NCBI GenBank assembly: GCA_951406725.2
Contig: OX597818.1
Coordinates: 13,454,001 to 13,518,000 of the forward strand
Length of the DNA: 64,000 nt
DNA from: Octopus vulgaris
Taxonomy: Eukaryota
Direction: 5' to 3'
In this document: positions 26,244 through 40,999 of the stretch, piece by piece
Layout of the letters: each line of letters opens with the position of its first letter
Position numbering within the stretch: position 1 is the stretch's first letter
The notes under the pieces: model-generated
Told to the model about the DNA's origin: nothing
The model's database searches: none
What the model saw: the letters and a program-made list of their open reading frames with translations, nothing else
Made by a program: the position numbers and the translations under genes

Positions 26244-27894
26244 TAATGTTTTATTAACATTAATTGTCAATAATTTATTGCGTGTTCTATCATGTTTCGT
26301 TCACAGTTGAAACTGTATCACTTTGACAAGATATATTTAATGAGGTTTCAAAAATCGATTTACTTTATGCTGAAATTACTAGATTTTAAATATTAACTAA
26401 CTTGAAATTTGCAAAGAACATAAGGCTCTTTGCTAATTCACTCAGTTCTTTTATATGTGATTGAAACGTGCAAGATCTAAACCGAAACTACCCTTTTTTG
26501 ACGGACTACAGTGACATTTGTCGAGAGAAAACATTTATCATTTTAGAAGTTGAATATACTGTCTAGCACTCATTATGATGCACTCATTACATTCACCGTT
26601 TGCCTAGATATAAAAGGTTTTATTTTGGAAAATTATATTTAAAAAAGTTCATACATGTCCCAGTTCCAACAAGGTGGCAGAGTCAACTTGGCTTACATGT
26701 ATCAGTATCCAACACCTCCTGTTTCTCCAACCCAGCCTACATTTAAACACATAGCACGGCAGCAAATCGAACAACACCACATATTCATCTAAATAACTCC
26801 AGCACTACAATAATGAACCTCACTCAGCTTAATTTTAGAAGCCCCAACATAAATCTTGTTATAATAATTACAGTTAGAATATAAGGAAAACATAATATTG
26901 TCTATAGGAATAATATTGTCTGTTTCTGTCTTATTTGAGCTACACAATAACATCAACATATATATATAACAACAGCTGAGAAAATATGGTTAATGTTGTA
27001 GCTGTTTAATCCCAGGGTATTTTGGAGGGATCAGGGCTAAACAAAAGACATTTCATAAGTGACTGTCTCACCTACATACTTTCAACCATAATGTGTATAA
27101 CTATCGTTTGCATCTTTGGATATGATACAGATTCAACTTCGCATACGAATGCCAATTATTTTTACTAATTTCAGTGATTATATAAATATTTATCTGTGAA
27201 ATATCTATCTAGGATTCATATTGTATTTTCATTAAATGATACGTAAATGCATAATGACCAGCATTGTAAATTCCATTATTCCTTACGATAAAAAAATTCA
27301 ACTCTACGACAAAGATTTCTTCCGGAGTCTTTACATGTTTTCTCCTCTTGGCGAACCACCTTTGAACTGTGTACTTACTAATTGACGATGCAAATACTTT
27401 TGGCGAAATCTTAAAGTGCAATCTAATTTTCTGAAACCGTATCGATGAAAAACAAACATAAAGTAAAGTATCATGGCTATTAGTAATTGAGCTCAGACAA
27501 AACTAGATACTTCTTTGAACATCACGAATGTTTTGCAGTTGAATCGATTTCTGAATGTAGGTTTTTATCAAGAACCAAATATAATCTTTGAAAAGTAATG
27601 TCAGAAATATTGAACTGAGCACATTTCCAAACAGTAATATCATTCACAGCTTGAGAGATGATCTACAAATTAGTTGTGAAAGATAATTTTTGCAAAAATT
27701 TACAAATGTTATACCCGAAAACCAAATAATTTTTTAATGTTTTATATAAGCGTCATTGTTTCAGATTTTAAACCAGAAGCCATTAGCCATTGATGGGTAA
27801 GGAGATTATTCGCTTTCTTTCGGTATTTGCCAGTGAGAGGATTTTCCTCTCACTATCTAAGGCAGCAGTTTTAGCACGGGTTTTCATGTGCGTA

Positions 27895-28595
27895 GATTTT
27901 TTGTACGCATTGCAAAGCTTCTAACGGTGGAGATGTACTGCGCTATCAGTTGTTCACTACCAGTGAACTAAGGTAACACCGCTTATTTTTCAAGCACCTT
28001 CCGGACTATTCGGGTGTTCCAAGCAGTGCTGTTTTCTGCAAGTGCTCCACCCTTATTGCAGCACCTGTATGTTCCATGTACATATCGAGATTTTTGCTCA
28101 CTGTTCCCAGGGCTCCGACAATTATTGGTACTATTGCTACCTTTTTCAACGACCACAACTGCTCAAATTCCCAAGGTAACCTCTCATATCTCTCGACTTT
28201 TCTTTCTTCCTTATCGCATACCTTGTTGTCAGCTGGGCATGCTATATATATAATCAAGCATAGTTTGTTTTCTTTCGCAATTAAGACTATGTCTGCTTTC
28301 CTATTCTCCATCGGATGCTCACACTGAATCATAAAATCCCATAGGATCTTTGCATTTTTATTTTCGGTGATGCCTTCGGATTTACGATCGTACTAGTGTT
28401 TTGCTTTGTCGAGGCCATACTTGTTGCAAAGTGCCCAACGGACAAACCTGGCTACATTGTCGTGGCATCTCTTATTTTCCTTCTGGGCTAGTGGCGTACA
28501 TTGGCTGGTAATATGCCATACAGTTTCACCATTTTATCCACAGATTCTGCACTTACCACTCTTTGATGTGTTGTCTATTCTTTATTTAATATAAG
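27895..28595 (-). mobile_element. R4/Dong-clade LINE 3' end (CCHC + REL endonuclease + 3' UTR), subfamily A
   Basis: RIDNTSKSGKCRICG*NGETVWHITSQC..HDNVA..KILWDFMIQCEH..RKADIVL..IIYIACPAD..KVERYE..LW..VPIIVGALGTV..LQKTALLGT. Confidence 0.93.
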
Positions 28596-30493
28596 TTGGA
28601 TTTCATAGCAATGAATTCGATAGCAAAAGAGTGTTGATTTTTTTAAAGTAATGGTCTTGTAATTTACCATCAATTTCATTTCGAAATACATTCTGACAAA
28701 TAATTACATTAAGCTAATTGCTTTTGTGTATATCTATGGAAACAATATTCTGCAATGACACACAGTATATTGCACACAATTAATTTCACTTCACACAGTA
28801 GTACATATATTTGTTTCATTCCAGTAGGCGTCTGATTGGCGTGGTAATAATTGCATCAAGCACACAGTTGAGAAAATCAACGTTATAAATAATAGGCGTG
28901 TATTTTAGAGAATCAAAAATAAATATTAATAGGTATATATCCAATGTTTTCCTAATTTTTGCCTTCTTGAATCTAGCCCAAATAAAGTAGGAACCAATCA
29001 ATAAAAGTAAAGTGAACATTTGTTCCATATATTTAAATTTATAAAAACACTTCCGAAAATCTATTTACTACTTAAAATACTGATAATCAATTTTCGTGTG
29101 TTTGACTTCCAGAAGTGATTGCGCTTAACTAAGTGTGTTAATAGCATCGTTTAAGCTCCCATATGGGGTTGAAAACCTAATAGAATATTGAATATTAATT
29201 CAAGCTCTAAACTTTATACTACGCTGTTTGATGGGTTATAACCATACTTATATGAATAACGTAATTGTAGCAATTCTTTTGTATGAATAATATTTTTGTT
29301 TTGCACAAATAGAAGAAATTTCGCTGTGACCTAAATTCCGTATTTTTCAATACTCTATGTTGCCTACTAGAGGTCGCCCAAATTCTAAATTGAAACTTAA
29401 TTCGTAGTTACATTGATTTTAATGATGACAATAAGTTTGCGTCATTGAAAACGTGCGAATAGAAGCTAAAGACATTCAATGGGTTTAAAGAAAGAGTGTC
29501 GGGTGTTTAGCATATGGAAATACAAATTCACAACAAGTGCAATAATATTTCAGAAATATACACTCACTATTTTCATTCTGTTATATATATATATATATAT
29601 ATATATATACGTATATGAAGTATATTACATATATCACCTCTGAGGTTTTGTTTAATCAAGTTAAAATTCAGTCTAAGTGGCATATTTTACAGTCACAACA
29701 TACAAGAGAAAAGTATAACAGTTATAATAATGCTAATTTGCTCCTAAACTGATTACTATTTTTATATTTATAATAAAAAATATGAAAGATCAACATTCTC
29801 ATATTCATAATAGCATTCGCGTCTATTAAATTGTATAAGTATTTACAAAACATATATTTTCATTTTAATTTTTATTCAAGTCTTATGGAAGTAATTCATT
29901 GATTCAGAGCATTGGAGATATTCAAATGCCCGTTTAGCAAGTAACAATCAGAAACATAAACAAAAAAATCTCAGACATAAAAATGTGCACCGTAACGCAC
30001 CAATTATATAATTGAAATTACATTATAGTACGTTATATTAAATGAAAGAAATTATGTTGTAGCATAATACACACAAACGCACACACAAATATATATATAT
30101 ATATGTGTGTGTGTGTGTTTATATATGTACACATAAATGTATATATGCATTTATGTGTATATATATCTTAGCATATATTTCTATACACATAAATCAACGA
30201 TTCAATTATGTTATTCAATTATATATTACTCATCTAAGTGATATTGAAGAGCAAGTGTACAATACATCATTACGTACATTTAAAAACGATGAACCGCCGG
30301 CGGAGCATTCGAACTATCACCAAAGTTGTTAGCATTGTTGCTGTATATTCATTTTAAGCTAGAATAATATATAAGGTAATGCGAGAACTAATATAAGAGA
30401 ACAGGGTTAAATAAAGACATAATCTTGACTTCAATACGGCGTTGTTGAAATAAATATCACTTGTATATTTGTACCATATATGAGCGCGTACGC

Positions 30494-30527
<34 letters not shown>

Positions 30528-31231
30528 ATGTGTGTGTGTGAACGTGGTTCGAATTTAGTTGTGCAACTGGTTTAAAATATGAAAATGTGCTTTTAAAATG
30601 ATGTAAGCATTTTATCCTACGTTCTTCAGACCAATTAATGATATTACTTGGACATGCATATATGCATGTTGGTGCACAATGATTTGGCGCAGCAGCGGCA
30701 ACCCCAATACGTATCATTTGGGTATGGAAAAGCAGGTTATATTTTACTCCAGGTAATTTGGAATTTAATAATTTTCCTATGAGAGACCTAACCTTAACCT
30801 TATTATGATTATTGAAAGAAAAATAAAGATTATGACATCTTTGTTTGACCTTGCACAATGTGGAACCAATGTAGGCAAAATGGATTTGGTTAGTTAGTAC
30901 ATGGCATTTATATATGTTGAGAGGGTAAACTTGGATCTGTTCGGTTCCTCGAGTGACCCTAGTTAAATGTTTTCCTGTAACAGGCGGAGTACATCACTCA
31001 TGTATTCTCATAGGTTGTATAATATGTATGCTTTTTTAAAATCAAATTTCAGTTTTTATGTAACCCCCCACAGAAGTTGTTCATTGCCCTTGTTATGTCC
31101 ACATTCATCTATGCCCCAGTGGATTCATATTATTATTGTTAGCATTATTATTGTTTTTGTTATCATAATCATCATAATCGTCATAATCATCGTCGTTCTC
31201 GTCGCTGTCGTTGTCATTATTATTATTATTA

Positions 31232-31327
31232 TTCAGTAGTTTTATTTTTATAGCGTGCTTTCACTTCACTACCGAGCGCAGCTCTGTGTGCCTTGGGTAT
31301 GTGCTGTGATTTGTTGTGATGCTCTGA

Positions 31328-31329
<2 letters not shown>
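31232..31329 (-). mobile_element. Short retroposon 3' end with (TAA)n tail
   Basis: Minus strand: CACAGCACATACCCAAGGCACACAGAGCTGCGCTCGGTAGTGAAGTGAAAGCACGCTATAAAAATAAAACTACTGAATAATAAT, between TAA tracts. Confidence 0.6.
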
Positions 31330-31705
<376 letters not shown>

Positions 31706-33430
31706 CCCTGCTCCATATCTAAGCAGGGAAATTGCCCAGGTGTTGATAGCTTCAATCTTATTCCGTTCGTTTAATTTCGACTTAAGTATCAGTCTCAGTA
31801 AATACTCCACCTTAAAGTTTTTTGTCATTTCTTTCTCCATCAATCTATCCATTTCCAAAATCCCCCAGTACTTATTGCCCGTCTTTTCTATCTGCTTCAT
31901 AACCTCCTCTGACGGTATCGTTAGCCCATCCATACCTTTGATTTTGCCTCTCTTCAAGACTAACACACCCCACATTGTCAGTCTGAACTCCATTATGATT
32001 TCAGCACTAAAGCTATACACCGTATCAACGAGGGAACTAACTTGAACTTGATATTTAAAATAAAGTTTGGGATCATCCTTGAATAACAAATGGTTGACTT
32101 TTTGTTGGCAGCTTTTGAATACATACCCAGCTTTAGCTTTCCTCAGAATCAGTGTTAGTTTTATCAAGCACAATACAAAGATCAGTGGAGACAGGCAGCC
32201 CCCTTGGAAGATGCCCTTCCTAATTTCTACTTTCCCTAAACCTTTTCCTTATGCTGTCAGGTCTGTCCTCCAAGATGCCATACTTTTTCCAAGCAATCGC
32301 TCAACATTTGATGCAATACTAAATAGGTTCATACATTTCATAATCCAAGAATGTGAGATCATACCGTACGCCTTACGATAGTCGATCCATGACATGGCTA
32401 AGTTACTTTTCCTCCTCTTGCAGTCTCTAAGTACATTTTTGTCTATCAGTAGTTGATCCTTGGTACCTCTGCAATTACGCTTGCAACCATTCTGCTCATG
32501 TGGCAGGACTCCATTTTTTCCAGATGTTCATACATTGACTCTCTCGATAACTTCCACATAAGTGGCAAACGGGATATCGGCCTGAAGTTGTCTATTGTAT
32601 TGCCTTTCTCGATGTGTTTCTCGCACAGCAGTGTCCTACCCATTGTCTGGTGTAACGTGGTCGGCATTTAACAAGGTGTTGAGTTGTGCAGCTATTCGTG
32701 TATGGCATTCATCAAATATTTTGATGCAGTAGCCTTGAACTCCATCTGGTCCCGGGGCCTACCAGTAGCTCATTTTTTTTTGCTGATTTTCTTCACTTCC
32801 CTAACTGAAATGACTAGTTCTGTCTGTTTGGACAGACAACCGTTTGTTTCAATTCTTTCACCCATTCAGCATCCTTCTTGTGTTCCCTGTCTTTGCTCCA
32901 GATGTCACTCCAAAACATTTGACTGTCATTGTTATCTGGTACCAACTTTTCATCTGTACACTCCCCTTTTATTTCTTTATAGAATCTCTTCTCATCTACT
33001 CTGACTAACCTATTCTGCTGGTAACCTTTCATTCTTTGGTCGTATCTTACCATCTTTGCTTTCTTTGCAACGAGGCGATGTTTCAGTTACTCCATCACCA
33101 CTTTCAGGCCCTTTCTTTCAATATTATACTTCCTTTTCAGCGCCCTGTATTTGCGCTCGCTTTTAAGCTCCCCTTTGTCTTTTCGGTCTAACACAGAAAT
33201 TTCCTTCGAGAGCATGTTTAATCCGGCTGTATTCTTCTTTTCCCCCATGGATATTTTCTTTTATCATTCTCATCATGTTTCTTTTTCTTGACATCAACAC
33301 CCACGTTTCTGCTACAACAATACTTGCTGCCTTGATTAAATTATTTGTTTCTGCAATCTTGTTTGGTGTGTTTCAGAAGTTCATTGAGATTTTTCGTTTC
33401 AGGGTTCAATTTCCATCGTATATCCACCAT
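31706..33430 (-). mobile_element. R4/Dong-clade LINE RT region, subfamily A
   Basis: [94 protein letters not shown]. Inverted paralog of 6460-7817. Confidence 0.93.
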
Positions 33431-33439
33431 GATGTTCAA

Positions 33440-33610
33440 CCTGGGAATTCTGCCTGAAATCTCTAGCAAAGTTTTGCTCTCATTCATAACAGAATGAAAC
33501 TTACGTCTCCCGTGGTTTTCAACAAGTTTTAGCATCCAGTCGTTAGATGCTACAAGATATTTGAACAGTCCAATTGTGGTGGTTTGGTAAGAGAAATTGG
33601 AAGTGTCATG
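33440..33610 (-). mobile_element. R4/Dong subfamily B internal fragment
   Basis: YQTTTIGLFKYLVASNDWMLKLVENHGRRKFHSVMNESK, homologous to 8100-8225 (KTTTI*LSNYLQSSNDGMRKLFQNHERRKKRDSVMKESK). Confidence 0.8.
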
Positions 33611-33865
33611 AGAACACAACAAGCCTATTAGACTACTCTGCCGCGAACAGCGTGGATTTTGAGATTGTTACTTGAATGTTTAATGTCTACCATGGTAATG
33701 AGCAACCAAGTATCAAAGCTTATAGTATGCAGAATGTGACCCTGTGAAACCTCTAAAAGCAGGCTGGTATCCACTCACACAGAATCTACCAGAGCAAACA
33801 AAACACAGCGCTCTTAGAAGTAAAATAATAATAATAATTAATTCTTAGCACTTCTATAATTAGAC

Positions 33866-34900
33866 ACAAGGGTCGGTTGAAAAACTCACAGAATTATGAA
33901 GGTAAACTCATGGAATGTAACCAAATGAGGATTATGTTTCAACATAAACCCCTTTCGGTTCACACATTTCTTCCATCAGTGTTGCAGTGCGTAGATCACA
34001 TTGGTGAAAAGCTTTCAGCCTGTTGGGGAAAAAGTCATCATCAGCAGATGTCATCATCGCTGCGACACTCTTCTCGAGCAAAGTATTTTCTTTTGATATT
34101 GGGGAACATATGATGGGAGGGGTCAAATCAGAGGGGAATATCTAGTTTAAAACCACAGTCGGTAAGAACGACGTACGTGTAGAGAATTGTCATGATGAAA
34201 CAAGCCTCGACTCTCGTTCGTCAGTTTTCCTGCTCTTGGTAGCTTTCGTAACTGCCTCAGGAAGTTGGCATTATATTCATCATTTAAGTTGTGACGATTT
34301 TCAATGTAGTTAATAAGCACAATACCTTTTAAAACTCAAAAATCTGAGACCATCAATCTGCAGATAAAACGTCCTTGAATGAAGCAAATGAAGAGGGGAT
34401 TTTCCACCACTGATCCTGCTTTAGGAAACGTTCAAGGAAACCAGCAACATCTACCTCAAGTGACGTCAGATATTCCAGTGCAGTTATCAGCCGAGTACGC
34501 TTTTGATCTGGTATCAGAAAACATTACACGTATCAAGCAGAAACCTTCGTCATACTATGTTCAAGATGATTCTCACTGCATATGCAAATACTATTGTATA
34601 TTTGATTTATAATAAGTTGTCTGTCACCCATCATGACATTAACAGAATTATTCATTTTCTCGGTGGAGTCAGTTGAAGGATATTCTGATCTTGGGTCTTA
34701 CGCATCTAATCTCAGCTACCAATTTCTGCCTTGTGAATAAAGCTGAAGCGTCATCGTCTAATGTAGAAATCATGTCAGCATGAATGTTTTTTGAGGCGAA
34801 AGCCTTTTTTCTGCAGGTACGTCGTAACATCAGATGACAGATGTTGCCCACTTTAAAAAGAAATCACTACTTTTACTATTTAAAATCTTCTGTTAAAACG
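33866..34900 (-). mobile_element. Decayed mariner element
   Basis: KKAFASKNIHADMISTLDDDASALFTRQKLVAEI (HTH), FHHDN, and C-terminal ..KGVYVET* (GDYVEK-type). TIR-like ACAAGGGTCGGTTGAAAA at ~33866. Confidence 0.8.
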
Positions 34901-34940
34901 TCTGTTGTTAGTTTACCTCACAAAATAAAAACAAAAAAAA

Positions 34941-35269
34941 TAATTTCAAAATACAAATAAACAAACTTAAACGAACTTTCGGAAATCTTATGTAAAATAC
35001 TTATAGAAATAATCAATTCGTAGTAATATAGTATCGAATAAATACTATAAATACTATAAATATAATTATCAATGGGAATAACTAGCGAATATCAATGGGA
35101 ATAACTAGCGAAATAACTAAGTTATGCTATTAAATTAGACATGGCCTGGACCAATCTTTAGTCGAAACATATCTACGTTTATCAAAGTTTATCTAATCTA
35201 ATTATAAATTTAAAACTACAATTAATACTATTAAAACATGTATATACAAAAGCCTAACTTAATACACCT
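34941..35269 (+). repeat. ~320-bp direct repeat, copy 2
   Basis: Matches 1756-2076 and carries an extra TATCAATGGGAATAACTAGCGAA duplication. Confidence 0.92.
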
Positions 35270-35295
35270 CGTATGCTATACATATATATATATAC

Positions 35296-35503
35296 TCAAA
35301 ATGTGACCGCGTGTGTACCGTTGGCGATTTTTTTCCTCTGTCTTCCCTTCTCTGGGTCTTTCCTTTTCCTATGTTTCCGACAAAGAGCTCCGCTTGAAAC
35401 GTTAAACCCTCCTTCTTTCCTTCTTTCCTGAGCGTCCAATAATGCTATATTTGTTCCACGTCCTCGCGTTGTTGTGTTTTTTCGTGCTTTCTTGTTCGGA
35501 TTA

Positions 35504-35508
<5 letters not shown>
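35296..35508 (+). mobile_element. Penelope-like terminal fragment between (TA)n tracts
   Basis: Same family as 14795-14910, with a hammerhead-like GTTT-CCGACAA-AGAGCTCCGCTT-GAAA-CG-TT-AAAC at 35373-35407. Confidence 0.7.
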
Positions 35509-35568
<60 letters not shown>

Positions 35569-37149
35569 TTTTAGGTTGCTGTTGCTGCGTTTAAATTTAT
35601 ATATTCTTTAGAATAATCGTCTGATATATAAATCTAAATAAATATTATTCAGTTACAGCTGTGTGCTTCCCCACATGAAATGACATGAAGCACTGTCGGA
35701 TTTCTGTGAATTTCCCCACATATACTATTTCTATTACTCTCCACTGATCAGTTCATGAGATCCCGGGCAACACAGTTTTATAGACTCAAAAACAAATACA
35801 AAATTACTGCAATAATACCAACAACAATAACAACAAAATTATGGCGAATTTATTGATATTGATAATAATAAAAAAGCAAGTGTATTTAAGTGATAGTGAT
35901 AACAATAATAAAATAAAATAATGGCTCTTATCATGCTGTGTTTGTTTTTATTGGTATGTTATCTGTTTTCGACCTTAGACATCTATTTTAAATTATCTGT
36001 GATGTGTATTCTCTTTGACCTCAAGTGACTGTCATGAACCCAAGTAGCCATTCATTAACCGAGCGAGCCTTAATTTCTTTCCTATATTTCGTATATTTAT
36101 ATTTATTGATATTTCCTATATCTATATTAATTTATATTTACTGTTTCTTTTGTTTTTTAAGAATATATATCACACGCTGTACTCTTACATATTCTCAAAC
36201 ATAGATACACGCTAATACTTATACATACTCCTATTCTCCTACTGCTGAGCATTGACCTGTCTTCTCTCACTCCATCAGGAGGTATGTTTAATGCGGATGT
36301 GTATTTATTAAAACTACTACTAGAATATATTTTTTTTAGCTACGCTTTCTAGCGTACAATTTTCTTTACATTATTGTCATCACATGATTTTTCCTCTGCC
36401 TTTTCTGACTGAAATCAAGTTTACAATCACTTCAGTTCACATGTAAAGACAATTCTGACCTGCTATCTATATCCGTCAGCTTAAGTTTCATTATAATTTA
36501 CATATTAAACTATTAAATTATCTATGTTCATATGTCCGCGAAATATTCTACTTTCCAGATCTGTATTTTCCACGATACTTTATAGTGAATACTGTATGAT
36601 TTCCTCTGATTACTGTCGCCACCTTGTAGCTATTATAAGTGTTATATTATTTTAATCGGCTTGGAAACTATTACAATTATTTCCCTATCTATTTGATCGA
36701 CTGTGACTATACCGACTTGTAACAATTAGTGCCCAGGATATTACAAATTGAGTTTTGAGAGAACACATTTAGCCACATTTCTGAGAGTTTTATGTGTTTC
36801 TTAGATTCTGACGATAAATGCTTTTGCATAACTTTCTATTGAACATCGTATTTCCATTATTTTGATTAACGTTGGGTATTTCATATTTTTGCAATTACTG
36901 CAAGAATATAATAGACATAGAGGCATTTTTATAATCACTTTGACAATCATTCAAACAACAATACGAACTCGTTAATCATAGTCCTCCGTTCGTCTTATTA
37001 TAATCGACTTTCATAAATCATTCCAATACCTTTACACATACTACATATACAAATTTTCATCATTTTGACATACTTGCAAACGTAATATTGAGGTTGCAGT
37101 GTTATTGTTTATCGATTATAATCACGTCAGGTGATTATATTCGACATAG

Positions 37150-39190
37150 GGCAATTATTACTATGGCTTCACTTAACATGCAAACGACAATGTCAATTCG
37201 TAATTAAGACTAAACTATTTACTATTTAAAAATGTATTATAATTCTTTTAACAACAATTCTAATTGTTGCAAACGACAATTCTAAACTGTCATTACAAGT
37301 CATCCGCTTAAGTTAAGGAACATTTGTTATTACTATCCCTAACTCGATCGTTCCAGGCCGGTTCTTCCGTAACTCCCTTTCCATTTGTTTCTATTCCGTT
37401 TTCTAAATTAATCCCCCACCATTTGCGCTGCTGTTGCTATTTATACTAGGATTATCAGAATACCTATTGACTTAACCCTAACGATCACCTTGTACCGCGC
37501 CCACCGAATTGTGTATTTACATTCTAGACCCAGCCTTTTTTCTTATTTAGTCTGTGCATATAATATTCCACATTGCATGCTGCTTCACATTGTAATTTCA
37601 TCCTATATTGGTTCAAGATCTTAGGAAAATGTTTATGTAATGCAGCGAAAAATCCACGCTTAATTTTGGATTTAACTTGTAATTTAAATACCGGATTAAA
37701 TCTTAATATGCCATCCTGATCTGATGTATTATTGGGATTAGTGTAACTATTCAGCTTTCTTTTATAGCCATTTCTAATCGGATTCAATTTGGTAATTTTC
37801 TGCTTTTTCCGACTATTTCTGTGATTATAGTTACACATTAGTATTTGACATTTACCATCTGATTGAGTGTTATTGCTTTCTTTTTTTGTCCGTAATTTTT
37901 ACTCTACTGTTCATATCATTATCTTGTTTCTCAGTGTGCCTATCAGCATAAGTTTCGCTTTTTACTCAGCGTCCATTTTTGTATTCATTCATTAGACTAT
38001 TGTCAGCTGAATATTTAATCAGGTATTTATACCCAGCCCTACATGATGTAATATGTAGTACACAACTTGTGCATTAAATATTGTTTCATTTGCAGATAGT
38101 TTAGAAATTTTTACCATATATTTCAGTACCAAATGTGCAGGATTTGACATTTTGTTAACATGTCTTAAATTTTAGTTTAGTCTGTAGAATAATTCAAATA
38201 ATCTTCTATTCAGGTTAAGCATACTTTATATCTAAGATATTCTATGCCATTTTCAATTGTCATCAATAGACCTAAGTTTTTAACAAAAATGAATGTTTTT
38301 TCTTATATCTTTTCAATTCAACTTTGTTACAACTTTCTGTTAGGAGTAGAGCTTCAACCCTATATAGACACCCTTAGTTAATGACGCCTAGAGTTATCAA
38401 GAAGAGGATACAGATGCCGACGATATCTGTGAAAAACACAGAGTCGTTCGCACCTATCACTATATCGAATGAGTCATTTCAATTCGATCGTATCTATAGA
38501 TTTTCAACACACTCAATTATCGTGCTACGTGCAGTTACTATAATGCCAATTCCATTTCTAAATAAAACAGAATTGTGTTTTGAAAATAATAGTGCTTTGT
38601 TGAGTAATATTGATAGTTGACTAGTAATTGAATTTATCTAATAGTATAAAGTCACTACATTTTGGTTTATTTTCTAAGCTATTGAACCAATTAACATGCA
38701 TTGTATCCGACTATAGTGTAATTTTAATTAAAGATCTAAGATTTGGCGTAATCCTATCCATAATTGTCTAAATTATTCTATCTATGTCATATTTCGATGG
38801 ACATATCAGCCTAATCGATGAAGTAGTTGGAAATTTCCTTTAAGGTCATTGAGATTTATTCTGTATTCTAGGTATATATGGTTTTATCCTATATCTACAC
38901 CAAGTTTTAAATATTTCTATCCCCTTCCCTTTATCCTGGTTAGTGCTTCTAGTGTTGTATGCTGACAATTTCTATGATGTCCTTTCATTAGAGATCTTTT
39001 AGATGCTTACTAGATTTCCGCATGTTTGTCCAAACTTAGAAGATATCTTACTGTTTGATGGCACGTGGCAGCTCTCTATATGAGACTTTAAATATACCTT
39101 ATGAGGTCTGCATTAAGGCTTTAAAATAATTCAAAATTCCACTTGATAACCACTATCATATAAAGAGAAAATCTCAGCGTATATTAGGAA
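37150..39190 (-). mobile_element. Decayed Penelope-like element (RT + GIY-YIG)
   Basis: Minus strand across frameshifts: DKTCGNL, NFPTTSSIRLICPSKYDIDRI, NWFNSLENK, DSFDIVIGANDSVFFTDIVGICIL..CLYR, ILRFNPVFKLQVKSKIKRGFFAALHKHFPK (cf. PLE IIWFNPP..VKTNIGK.FL.LIDKHFP). Confidence 0.82.
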
Positions 39191-39562
39191 TTATTATAGT
39201 AATACATATTGTTAATAATGATGAAAGAAAGAAAATGGAAAATTATGAATGTATGAAAAAATTATCTGTATGATATAACGAGGTTGAATATTTTTTATGA
39301 AAACAATACAAAAACATTATAAATTATAAAGCTCTAAAAGAAATGGCAGATGCCAGAAACCTACATATATGTTTCGATTAATGCTCCTAGGTGATTTGTA
39401 ATACTACGCAATTGTCTAAGGTCATATGCTAAGAATTGTTCATCAATTTCAACTACATGGGGTAAAATCTCATGAGGGATTTATGAGCTTATACAACAAA
39501 TATTAACATTTGGGGTATATTTCCGTTTGATCTACTTCAGGAATTCCGCAGCGTCAGTCGAG

Positions 39563-40009
39563 ATAATAATCGATTAAGGAAACAAAAGATAGATTCGGTA
39601 TTAATTTTATTGCGTACGAGATCATTTCGAGCCATCTTGCGACTGTCCCTTCTGGGTGGGATGCTGTACATCATACTGTGTTGCATCAATTTTACCGTCT
39701 TTGTCACATCAGGTACATTCATAAATATTTAGAATTATTTACTATTATTTGTTATGAATATTTAACATAACGACAATTGTAGTAATGCCTTATTTCCTAA
39801 CGAAGTGGGAAAATAAGCACATGACTGCCTGAACTCAAGATGTTTAGCGAGACACCACTTTATGTAATAGTGTACCAGATGTGACCCAGGTTATAAAATT
39901 GCCACAACACAATATGATGCACAGCATCCCATCAATCACTGGAGGGGTCGAAACGATCGTCGTACTCAATAAAAACTAACACCAAATCCATCTTCTGTTT
40001 CCTTAATCG

Positions 40010-40018
<9 letters not shown>
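39563..40018. repeat. Inverted pair of ~150-bp PLE-type termini, each with a hammerhead-like motif
   Basis: 39563-39717 is the diverged reverse complement of 39871-40018. Right arm: GTAC-CAGATGT-GACCC...GGGTC-GAAA-CGATCG-TC-GTAC. Confidence 0.8.
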
Positions 40019-40063
<45 letters not shown>

Positions 40064-40414
40064 GAGTGAGAGAGTAGAGCATGCCATCAACGTGACACTG
40101 GGGTAAAATATACGAAGCCCAGTATACCCATCATGACTACCCATCTGATAATGGTACACTAGGTACATGCATCACAACCATATGTGTGCAACATGGTGAT
40201 CTCATATCAAGATAAACAGCGCATGACCTTGCAGGTGGGGCCCAGTTAGAATTTTCTTCTGGTCGAGTAGCCTATCCTGCTCAAAAGATCCCTGAATAAG
40301 GGTTGTTTAAGGATGTTGAACAAAACACCCATGTTTCTAGAGGTGAATTATTCAAATCCCAAAGAATCTCTCTCAACACATGGCCATGATGCTCCCCCAC
40401 TACTTCTGCTCGCG
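40064..40414 (-). mobile_element. TAA-flanked retroposon copy (5'-truncated relative to 16038-16501)
   Basis: Reverse complement of ~16150-16501, with (TAA)n on both sides. Confidence 0.88.
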
Positions 40415-40476
<62 letters not shown>

Positions 40477-40999
40477 CATTATCATCGTTGTCGTCATCAT
40501 CATCAACATCATTGTAATTATTAGTATTATATAAAGATAGGTAGATAGATAGATAGATAGACAGATAGATGAGGCGGTGTGTGTGGGTGTATATATATAT
40601 AAGTCGTGCGTGTGTGTATAAATATATATATACATACATGTATATATATATATATATGTATATAAATACATACATATATGTGTGTGTGCATACACATATA
40701 TTGATAAAAATGGTAGGACAACAAAAGAAAGAAAGGGACCTCGATATTATGTAAATAAAGGAATTTATTTGTAAATATATATTTATATATTTACAGATAT
40801 ATATATATGTATGTATGCACATATATGTCTATATACATATGTGTTTGTGGTTAATGTCTTTATTCTTCATTTTTTCTACTTCTTTTTCCTACATTCGTTC
40901 GCGTAAGTTATTTACTCATGCATGTGACTCCGCCTCCTTATCAGCAGGACTAGTCTACAATGTTCCCAGTCTAGATACAATCTCCGTTTCGTCCACTCC

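Noticed and set aside
30630-30735. Possible exon or Cys-rich peptide (YWGCRCCAKSLC; plus-strand AG..GT-bounded segment)
   Set aside because: Bounded by stops, no start or signal peptide, no recognisable homology, no partner exons.
37150-39190. Possible selenocysteine recoding as reported for some Naiad PLEs
   Set aside because: Copy has many TAA/TAG stops and frameshifts, so UGA codons are uninformative; no SECIS identified.
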